Assembly: GCA_903828655.1 (NCBI GenBank)
Contig: CAIKMX010000037.1
Span: 17,173 to 81,172 of the forward strand
Direction of reading: 5' to 3'
Source of the DNA: an uncultured archaeon
GTDB lineage: Archaea > Nanobdellota > Nanobdellia > Pacearchaeales > GW2011-AR1
Length of the DNA: 64,000 bases
The notes under the pieces are model-generated. The model did no database searches. It saw only the letters and a list, made by a program, of their open reading frames with translations, and was not told where the DNA came from. Shown here in pieces: positions 27,942-35,517 of this stretch. Position 1 is the first letter of the stretch. Each line of letters starts with the position of its first letter. The position numbers were made by a program, and so were the translations under genes.

Positions 27942-29174
27942 TTATTCTCCTCGGATAAGTGGAGCGAAATCTTTGTAGAATTTTGGTGTTGGGCCGAGGA
28001 TTGTTCCGAGATAATCTTGTGGAACTTGCCTTACTTGATTTGCGACGACGCTTGTCGGTATTCTGACTGGTGCAATATTGTAACCGTCTCCGTTTCTTTT
28101 TAGGGCTATTGAAACTTTTCTTTCTCCGTCAATAGCTGCACGTACTGCTTCAACTCCTGTTGCGTATGCTTCTCTTGCATCTACTTCTGAACGTAACAAA
28201 CATCTTTGAATATGTCTTGGAGAGAAGGGCGTTTCTTTAACTTTCAGATAACCAACGTCTGCCCCAGCTTTTAGACCTTTTTTTATTTCCCGTGCAAGAA
28301 ATTCTGCATAAACAAAAGCACCTGCTCTTCCGTGTTCTACATGACCAAAATCGTCCTTTTCTTCTTTAGCACCATGAACTTCTGATAGGGGTTTTCCTTC
28401 AGCATTTACAAGTTCTTCTGGGCAGACTACAAATGCAAAACCAGTTCTTCTTAGCTGGTTGTCTACTGCCGCAAGGAATTGTTCATGGCAGTATGGAATT
28501 TCTCTAGGAAGAATAATGTGTGGTGCTGCATTTTCGTCAATTGAATCTAGACTCTTTCCCCTCATTCTTGCGAATGCTGTTCCTAATGCAAGCCAGCCCG
28601 TATTTCTTCCTTGAGTTTCGTAAACAACAACTGGTGCTGTTGAATAAACAATTTTTCCTCCGTGTCTTATTTTTGGAGAGAAACTTGACATGTCCATTTC
28701 AAGTGCCTTTACCATTGCAATGTTTGAGATGCATGCAGAACCATAGCCAGATGTGTGATCGTTTCCTTTTAGGTCATTATCTATTGTTTTTTGGGCGTGG
28801 ATCCATTCAGCTTGGTCCGCAGTGTCTGCGGAGTCATTGCCTCCAATGTATATCCCTCTAGGATTTCCATAACTTTCAAAATTTGCTTTTACTACTCCGA
28901 TTAAATCTTTATTTTTTTCTCCAATCTTTAATCTTGTAGAGCCAAGATATGCTCCTGGATTTCTTCTGAACTGTTCAATATCTACACCAGAAAGATCGAC
29001 AACATTTCCTGGAATATCTGGATGCAATCCTCCGCCTTCTATTCCATTTCTTAATCCCAGAATTCTTTTTACTCTTTGTCTTCTTGCTTCTTCAATAACT
29101 CCTGCCAGAGTTTCATTTATTACTGCTGAAGGTCCGCCGGACTGTCCAACGATGATTGTTAAGTCACTTGCCAT
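27942..29174 (-). CDS. pfk: 6-phosphofructokinase, PFK-A family (phosphoryl donor not assignable)
   Basis: Has IIVGQSGGPSAVIN, YIGGNDS, KTIDNDL, GYGSAC. 410 aa. Confidence 0.8.
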   Translation of the reverse strand: MASDLTIIVGQSGGPSAVINETLAGVIEEARRQRVKRILGLRNGIEGGGLHPDIPGNVVDLSGVDIEQFRRNPGAYLGSTRLKIGEKNKDLIGVVKANFESYGNPRGIYIGGNDSADTADQAEWIHAQKTIDNDLKGNDHTSGYGSACISNIAMVKALEMDMSSFSPKIRHGGKIVYSTAPVVVYETQGRNTGWLALGTAFARMRGKSLDSIDENAAPHIILPREIPYCHEQFLAAVDNQLRRTGFAFVVCPEELVNAEGKPLSEVHGAKEEKDDFGHVEHGRAGAFVYAEFLAREIKKGLKAGADVGYLKVKETPFSPRHIQRCLLRSEVDAREAYATGVEAVRAAIDGERKVSIALKRNGDGYNIAPVRIPTSVVANQVRQVPQDYLGTILGPTPKFYKDFAPLIRGE

Positions 29175-29245
29175 AGATTTTTCCTGTAATCGGGCTTTAT
29201 AAGAATTATCAATATACAGTATATACTTGATTTATCTAAATGAGT

Positions 29246-29662
29246 TTAGGAACACTTATTTATTCTTTTTTCCCAGTCTTCTATTGCTTTCTTTAGGGCG
29301 TCTGCTGCGAGGTTTGAACAATGAACTTTTATTGGAGGTAACTGGCCGAGGGATTTTGCTACCTCTTGGGGAGTTATATTTTTTGCTTCTTTGATTGTTT
29401 TTCCTTTTGCTAAAACTGTTGTCATGCTTGATGTGGCTATTGCTGCGGCGCAACCCATCGTTTGAAATTTTATATCTTCTATTTTTGGGTTTGTTTTATC
29501 TTTTGGGTTTTCTTTTAGTTTTAAAGATAGCTTCAAGACATCTCCGCAACTCGGATTTCCTACTGTTGCTTCTATGTCTGGATTTTTCATTTGTCCCATG
29601 TTTCGTGGGTTTTGAAAATGATCTAGAACTTTTTCCGTATAGGATGTAATTTTTGGGACCAT
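29246..29662 (-). CDS. iscU: IscU/NifU-like Fe-S cluster scaffold
   Basis: Has GNPSCGD, FQTMGCAAAIATSSM, HCSNLAADAL (the three conserved Cys). Confidence 0.85.
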   Translation of the reverse strand: MVPKITSYTEKVLDHFQNPRNMGQMKNPDIEATVGNPSCGDVLKLSLKLKENPKDKTNPKIEDIKFQTMGCAAAIATSSMTTVLAKGKTIKEAKNITPQEVAKSLGQLPPIKVHCSNLAADALKKAIEDWEKRINKCS

Positions 29663-29675
29663 TTTATTTTAAGGG

Positions 29676-29903
29676 TTATTTGTTTAGTTCTTTAACTAGT
29701 TCGTCTGGATCTAAACCATGGGCCAGTGCGCCGTTTTCTATTGTTTCTAGTTGTGCCATCGGGCATCCTCCACAAAACAATCCTAACTCTGCAAGTTTTT
29801 CTGCTGCTTTTGGACTTCTATCCATTAGTTCCGCGAAAGTTAGAGTTTTCTTTATTTTGCCTTTTATCTCTTTCACTTTTGTTTTTTTCTTTTGTTTTTT
29901 CAT
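29676..29903 (-). CDS. DUF1858-like small redox/disulfide protein
   Basis: Has TFAELMDRSPKAAEKLAELGLFCGGCPMA...TIENGALAHGLDPDELVKEL, the CxGC hybrid-cluster-protein-associated domain pattern. Confidence 0.6.
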   Translation of the reverse strand: MKKQKKKTKVKEIKGKIKKTLTFAELMDRSPKAAEKLAELGLFCGGCPMAQLETIENGALAHGLDPDELVKELNK

Positions 29904-30038
29904 TTTGTTTATTCAAATTCTTCAGCATCTTCTTCAAAGTGTTCTTCTTCTACTTCATCGACATCAAGGCCTTCTTCTTCAACTTCTTCTTCACAGGCCG
30001 CTTCGTTAAGATCCTCACATGCAAGCTCCTTGTACTTA

Positions 30039-31217
30039 TCAACCATTTTTTACCTCCAGGGGATTTAGTTTGAATGGGCTTATATCATTCAGTCGTTTTA
30101 CTTTCTCTTTTATTTTTAAGATTACGAAGTTTATTTGTTTTTCTGTTAGAGGTTTTATTGTGTCTAAAGTTATTCTTAGTGAGCCATTAATGTACATTTC
30201 TGGGACGTTTATAGCCTTTAGAACGTGGCTTTCGGATAATTTGTGTGAAGAACAAGCGGAGCCTGTTGAAACTTCTATTCCTTCCTTGTCTAAAAGAAGC
30301 ATAAGGCTTTCTCCCTCTATACCATAGAGTGAAACATTAATATTGTTAGATAGTCTTTCTTTTTTTGAACCATTTAGTCTTGATCCGGGAATTTTAAGTA
30401 TTTCTTTTATTAACTTATCTCTTATTCTTTCTGTTTCTTTTTGATTGCGGTTTATTTTTAGAGCTTCTGCCATTGCGATAATCCCTGGAGTATTTTCAGT
30501 TCCACTTCTCATTCTTCTTTCTTGACTTCCTCCGTGTATTATTGGTGAGAGTCTTGTTCCTTTCCTTATGTAAATAAATCCTATTCCCTTAGGAGCATTT
30601 ATTTTATGCCCCGAAGCAGATAGTAAATCAATGTTTGTTTTTTTAACATCTACTTTTAGTTTTGTGAAGGATTGGACTGCGTCGGTATGGAAGTATACAT
30701 CTTTTTTTGAGCATATTTCTGCAATTTTTTCTATTGGTTGGATTGTTCCTATTTCGTTGTTTGCGTGCATTATGGAGACTACAAGAGTATTGTTTGTTAT
30801 TTTATTTTCTAGTTCTCTTGTATTAATTATCCCTTCTTCATTTACAGAGATATAGTCTATTTTGTATCCCCCTTTTTCAAGCTGTTTGCAAGTTTCTAAT
30901 ACTGAAGGATGTTCTATTTTTGAGGTGATTATATGTTTTTTCTCACTATTTTCAGGATTTATTGCCAAGCCTTCTATTGCTAGGTTGTTAGATTCTGTTG
31001 CCCCGGATGTGAAAAAAATTTCTTCTGGTTCGGCATTTATGTATCTTGCTATTTCTTCTCTTGCTTTTTCTATTTCTTCTCTTGCGGAGTTTCCTAAACT
31101 ATGTTGGGATGAGGGATTTCCAAATTCTTCTTTCATAAATTTTGTAAGTCTTTTTAATACTGTGTCATCTATTCTTGTCGTTGCTGCACTATCCAGGTAT
31201 ATGTTTTCTTGTTTCAT
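30039..31217 (-). CDS. iscS: cysteine desulfurase (class V aminotransferase, IscS/NifS)
   Basis: Has IYLDSAATT, GATESNN, SASGHKINAPKGIGFIYIRKG (PLP Lys), GGSQERRMRSGTEN. Confidence 0.9.
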   Translation of the reverse strand: MKQENIYLDSAATTRIDDTVLKRLTKFMKEEFGNPSSQHSLGNSAREEIEKAREEIARYINAEPEEIFFTSGATESNNLAIEGLAINPENSEKKHIITSKIEHPSVLETCKQLEKGGYKIDYISVNEEGIINTRELENKITNNTLVVSIMHANNEIGTIQPIEKIAEICSKKDVYFHTDAVQSFTKLKVDVKKTNIDLLSASGHKINAPKGIGFIYIRKGTRLSPIIHGGSQERRMRSGTENTPGIIAMAEALKINRNQKETERIRDKLIKEILKIPGSRLNGSKKERLSNNINVSLYGIEGESLMLLLDKEGIEVSTGSACSSHKLSESHVLKAINVPEMYINGSLRITLDTIKPLTEKQINFVILKIKEKVKRLNDISPFKLNPLEVKNG

Positions 31218-31218
31218 T

Positions 31219-31584
31219 TTAGTAAGTTGGCTGGCGGTTACAGTATTTTAGAACGTCTTTGTTATATTTTTTACAAACATCGCAGGAGCATTTCTTTTCT
31301 TTCATTAGTTTGAGTATTCTTTGGATTTCATTCATCGCCGCTTTTGGATCGTCGTTTACAATTTTTGCTGACTTTTCTATTTCCTTTTTTATCGCGTCAG
31401 AAAGTTTTATTTTGTTTGCTCTTTTATTGGATAAATATTGTGAAACTGCAGCCTTGCTTATACCTAGTGCATTTCCTGTCTTTTCATAACTAAGTTTATG
31501 CTTTTTTACTAGAATGTTTGAAAATTCTTTTCTTATTGCAGGAATTATATACCAAACTTCTATTTCTTGAGGTAGTCTGTACAT
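31219..31584 (-). CDS. HTH transcriptional regulator with a C-terminal Cys cluster, first gene of the isc operon
   Basis: LGISKAAVSQYL is a helix-turn-helix, and the C-terminus has CSCDVCKK...C. It sits 1 nt upstream of iscS. Confidence 0.5.
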   Translation of the reverse strand: MYRLPQEIEVWYIIPAIRKEFSNILVKKHKLSYEKTGNALGISKAAVSQYLSNKRANKIKLSDAIKKEIEKSAKIVNDDPKAAMNEIQRILKLMKEKKCSCDVCKKYNKDVLKYCNRQPTY

Positions 31585-31665
31585 GTTTTGGTTCTCCTAT
31601 TTTAGATAGTTAACTATAGTTAACTTATGTTTATAAACTTTATGAAATGAAGATACTAAACTTTT

Positions 31666-31851
31666 TTAAGAAATTTTTATTGCTTGAACGGGGCAGATAG
31701 ACTCTGCTTCTTTTTCACAGGTAACCTTGTCTACGGGAGACTTCTTTGCGTGGGCTTTTCCATCTTTCATTATAAAAGATTTAGGGCATACTGCTTCACA
31801 GGAGCCACAACCGATGCATAAATTTTGATCTACGGTTATTTTATGTGCCAT
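31666..31851 (-). CDS. single-cluster 4Fe-4S ferredoxin
   Basis: 61 aa, CIGCGSCEAVCP ... C ... CP. Confidence 0.8.
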   Translation of the reverse strand: MAHKITVDQNLCIGCGSCEAVCPKSFIMKDGKAHAKKSPVDKVTCEKEAESICPVQAIKIS

Positions 31852-31895
31852 TTTTGTAATAAATTTTTAACCTATATAAATCTTGCTTTGTTTTT

Positions 31896-31994
31896 GATTT
31901 GCCAATGCATAAGTTATTTTGTTGCCAAGTATGTCAAAGGATTGTGATGATACTAAATTGTTTGGTAACTTGTGGCGGAGTCGTTGTTGTAGGA
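31896..31994 (+). repeat. R1 modular intergenic repeat, copy e (modules A+B)
   Basis: Has gatttgccaatgcataag...ttgccaagtatgtcaaaggatt...cttgtggcggagtcgttgttgtaggag. Confidence 0.6.
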
Positions 31995-32129
31995 GAAATT
32001 TTATTAGCAGGTTAGCTTTTTAATTTATAAGATGAAGAGGGGCTTAATTAATATGGCGGATTTAACTTCCATATTTAGATATTCTTTTATGCATTTTAGT
32101 GCATAAAAGTTTTTAAAGGGTAATTTATT

Positions 32130-32687
32130 GTGAGAGTGATGGTGATTATTTGGTTTATCGTATTAGGGATTGTATTCTTAATGGCTTTGATATTCTTTGC
32201 ATATTACTCTAAGCTTTCTAGTCTGACTAATAAAATTGATAGTTCTATCTCATTAATTAGCGCTCAGATAAGGAGAAGGGCTTCATTGGCGCCATCTCTT
32301 TTGGCTAATATTGGAGGGTATGTAAAAAATGAGAGGAAGCTTGGTGAGGACATTACTAGTGCAAGACTTGCACTTTTAGATGCTCCAAATATGTCTGCAA
32401 AATTGCGAGCGGGGGCTCAGCTTCATATGGCTATAAGAACTGTTTTAGCTTCTGCTGAGAGCTATCCTACTCTTAAGAATAATGATCGTTTTCAACAATT
32501 AAGAAATGAACTTTTAGAAATTGATAAAATTGTTTCCAATGCTCGAAAAACTTATAATGATGGAATAATGGTCTACAATGTAATGATGCATTCTTCACCT
32601 GCTAAATGGTTTGCGAAGTTATATGGTTTCGGAAAGAGAGAGTTTTTGAAAATTCCTGCCGAGGATAGTTTTGGTGAGAAGAAATAG
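32130..32687 (+). CDS. lemA: LemA-family membrane protein
   Basis: An N-terminal TM helix and the conserved ESYPTLKNNDRFQQLRNELLEIDKIVSNARKTYN LemA core. Confidence 0.75.
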   Translation: MRVMVIIWFIVLGIVFLMALIFFAYYSKLSSLTNKIDSSISLISAQIRRRASLAPSLLANIGGYVKNERKLGEDITSARLALLDAPNMSAKLRAGAQLHMAIRTVLASAESYPTLKNNDRFQQLRNELLEIDKIVSNARKTYNDGIMVYNVMMHSSPAKWFAKLYGFGKREFLKIPAEDSFGEKK

Positions 32688-32700
32688 TTCTTTATAAAAT

Positions 32701-32803
32701 ATTTTGAGTTGCTAAGATGAAATGCTGTTACCAAAAAGCGAGCGAACGAAGTGAGCGAGCGTTAATAGGTATCCCTTGTGGAGGAGTCGTTGTGTTAGGA
32801 GCT
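32701..32803 (+). repeat. R1 modular intergenic repeat, copy f (modules C+B)
   Basis: Has attttgagttgctaagatgaaatgctgttaccaaaaagcgagcgaacgaagtgagcgagcg...cccttgtggaggagtcgttgtgttaggagc. Confidence 0.6.
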
Positions 32804-32833
32804 TTTATTGTTTGTTGTTAAGCATTATATTAT

Positions 32834-33814
32834 TTACTTCTCTTCTTTATATTCAAATTTTAAGTAATCATATGCGGCTCTTGCTGCAACGGCGCCCTCT
32901 CCTGCGGCAGTTACTACTTGTTTGAATTTATTATCTGTGTTGTCTCCTGCAGCAAATGCTCCTGGAATGTTTGTTCTTGATTGCTTGTCTGTGATAATAT
33001 GCCCCCCGTTTGTTTTTAGCTTTAATTCATTGACTACTTCATTTACAGGGGTTGCTCCAATCTCTATGAATATCCCATTAACTTCTAATTTTCTTTTTTC
33101 TGAATCATGTCCGTTGTTTTTGTCTGAGGAAGTTATTGTAATACTTTCTAATTTGTCTTTTCCAGATAATTTTTTAATAATTGTGTTATATAAAATTTCA
33201 ATTTTGTTTTTCTTTTCAAGTTTTTTGGCGAGTGCAGGCTCGCTTTTCATTTTTTCCCTTCGGTTTATTATGTAGACTTTTTTTGCTATAGGTTCTAACA
33301 TTATTGCTGCTTTCGCTGCAGAATCTGAACCTCCTACAACTGCGACTATTTTGTCTCTGAAGAACATTGCATCGCATGTTGCGCAATAACTTACTCCTTT
33401 TCCTACGAACTTGCTTTCATTTTTTAAATCAAGTTTCTTATTTTGCATTCCCAGGGCGATGATTAAAGTTTTTCCGTGAATTTCTTTATCTCCTATTTCT
33501 AAAACGAAACCATCTTCATCTCTTTTTACATTATCTACTTCGGTTTCTAAAAATCTTGCACCAGAATCTTTTGCTTGTTTGATAAATTTTTGCATAAGTT
33601 CTTTTCCTGTTCCAGTAAATCCTGGCCAATTTTCTATGGCTCCCGCCATCATTGCAGTGCCCCCTATCTTTTTTGCAATAACTGCTGCGGTAAGATTATA
33701 TCTTGCAGCGTATAACGCCGCAGTTAATCCTGCCGGACCTGCACCAAGGATAAGCACATCGTAATGTTCTATTTCGTGGTGAGGAAAATTCTTAGAATAT
33801 ATGTGTTTGACCAT
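32834..33814 (-). CDS. trxB: thioredoxin-disulfide reductase
   Basis: Has YDVLILGAGPAGLTAA (FAD), SYCATCDAMF (CxxC redox centre), VAVVGGSDSAAKAAIML (NADPH), GAFAAGD. Confidence 0.85.
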   Translation of the reverse strand: MVKHIYSKNFPHHEIEHYDVLILGAGPAGLTAALYAARYNLTAAVIAKKIGGTAMMAGAIENWPGFTGTGKELMQKFIKQAKDSGARFLETEVDNVKRDEDGFVLEIGDKEIHGKTLIIALGMQNKKLDLKNESKFVGKGVSYCATCDAMFFRDKIVAVVGGSDSAAKAAIMLEPIAKKVYIINRREKMKSEPALAKKLEKKNKIEILYNTIIKKLSGKDKLESITITSSDKNNGHDSEKRKLEVNGIFIEIGATPVNEVVNELKLKTNGGHIITDKQSRTNIPGAFAAGDNTDNKFKQVVTAAGEGAVAARAAYDYLKFEYKEEK

Positions 33815-33928
33815 TTACTTTTCTCCTCCGATTTTAATAAATAGTTAACTGCCCTTTTAAATATTAGTTAAGGCTGTTAACCTTATTATTTAATATTATA
33901 ACAAAGGTTTTAAATATATTCATTCTTA

Positions 33929-34894
33929 GTGATGAATATGGATGTAAAAGAAAAGATTGAATTAATAAAACGGAATGCAGATGAAGTTCTTGGAGAGGAG
34001 AAACTTTCTGGATTATTAAAAGGAAAGAAACAACCTATTGTTTATTGTGGGTATGAGCCTTCTGGTGAAGTGCATATAGGACATTTTGTTACTGTTTTAA
34101 AACTTAAGGACTTTGAAGATGCAGGATTTAAAGTAAAGATATTACTTGCAGATTGGCATGCATGGCTTAATAGGAAAGGAGATTGGAAATTTATTGGAGA
34201 GCAGGTTAAGAAATGGGAGAAATCTTTTAAGAAAATGGGTTTGAAAAACCCGGAGATTGTTGTTGGGACTAGTTTTGAAAGAAAACCGGAGTATATTGAT
34301 GACGTTTTTCAATTAGCTGCTGTATCTACATTAAATCGAGGACTTCGTTCAATGCAAGGTGTTGCTAGAGATTTAGAAAATGCTAAAGTTACTCAGATAA
34401 TTTATCCTTTTATGCAGGTTGTGGATATGAAGCATCTTAAGGTTGATGCTGTTGTTGGGGGAATGGAACAAAGGAAGATTCATATGATTGCTGTTGAGTC
34501 TTTGAAAGATATAGATTACCCCGTTCCGGTTTTTGTTCATACTGCTTTGATTCCTTCTTTAAAGGGAGAGAACGAGGGAAAAATGTCTTCTTCATCTTCG
34601 GATAAGGACGCAATGATATCTGTTTCTGATTCTTCGGATGAGATAAAGAAAAAAGTTTCAAAGGCATTTTGTCCTGAAGGGCAGAAGAATCCTGTTTTGG
34701 ATATTGCTAGGATACTCATATTTCCTGTTTTTGATTCCGTTGAAATAAAAAGGCCGGAAAAGTTTGGCGGAGATGTGATTTATGGTTCTTATCATGATTT
34801 GGAAAAAGATTTTTTAGCCAAGAAATTACATCCGATGGATTTGAAGAAAGTTATTGGGGAAAAACTTGCTGAGATGTTTGAGAAGGTGAGATAA
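33929..34894 (+). CDS. tyrS: tyrosyl-tRNA synthetase, archaeal short form
   Basis: YCGYEPSGEVHIGHF is the class I HIGH motif and KMSSSSS is KMSKS. 321 aa. Confidence 0.9.
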   Translation: MMNMDVKEKIELIKRNADEVLGEEKLSGLLKGKKQPIVYCGYEPSGEVHIGHFVTVLKLKDFEDAGFKVKILLADWHAWLNRKGDWKFIGEQVKKWEKSFKKMGLKNPEIVVGTSFERKPEYIDDVFQLAAVSTLNRGLRSMQGVARDLENAKVTQIIYPFMQVVDMKHLKVDAVVGGMEQRKIHMIAVESLKDIDYPVPVFVHTALIPSLKGENEGKMSSSSSDKDAMISVSDSSDEIKKKVSKAFCPEGQKNPVLDIARILIFPVFDSVEIKRPEKFGGDVIYGSYHDLEKDFLAKKLHPMDLKKVIGEKLAEMFEKVR

Positions 34895-34901
34895 TATTCT
34901 G

Positions 34902-35408
34902 ATGGTTCAAAAGAACAAAAACCTCGTCTGGAAATTTACAAATCAGCGGGAGCTGACTAAATCACAATTCTTGGATTATTTTGAGAAAAAGATTTTTAGG
35001 ACGATTAGACAATATGGGATGTTGAAGGATAAAGAAGGAAGAAGAATAAAACTGAAGAGAGAGAATAGTTTAAATTTTAAGGTTTTGAAACAAATCTTGG
35101 AAAAGAAGTTCGAGGTAAATGTTGTTGCAAAGGGATTTGATGTTTGTTCGGATAATCTTTCTGATGTTGCTGAAAGTGCATTTGAGAAGGTACTTGATGG
35201 AAACTTTAATCTTTCCAAAATGAAACCTGAAAATCAACCTCTTTATTTTTTATCTGACGCTGAAGTCATTTTATACTCTAAACTTATTGGCGTGAAAGGA
35301 AAGAATAACCTAAGGAACACTCATGTTCAGAAACTCTTTGCTACTTTTATGAAGAAAAATCCTGATTTAGAACATAATGTGGTTAATGCGATGAGACAAC
35401 TTGACTAG
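34902..35408 (+). CDS. hypothetical protein downstream of tyrS
   Basis: 168-aa ORF, 7 nt after tyrS. No motif recognised. Confidence 0.4.
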   Translation: MVQKNKNLVWKFTNQRELTKSQFLDYFEKKIFRTIRQYGMLKDKEGRRIKLKRENSLNFKVLKQILEKKFEVNVVAKGFDVCSDNLSDVAESAFEKVLDGNFNLSKMKPENQPLYFLSDAEVILYSKLIGVKGKNNLRNTHVQKLFATFMKKNPDLEHNVVNAMRQLD

Positions 35409-35517
35409 TTTCCTCTAAATTTTTCTAAATTTTTCAATTTTTATTGTCTATTTTATCATTTTTCCAGTTGATTTTTAGTCACATAATATTTAAATACCAA
35501 AACATCATAAAAAATGT

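Noticed and set aside
27942-29174. Calling the PFK specifically PPi-dependent
   Set aside because: The GGND (not GGDG/GGDD) and KTIDND motifs do not allow donor specificity to be assigned by eye, so it is left as PFK-A family.
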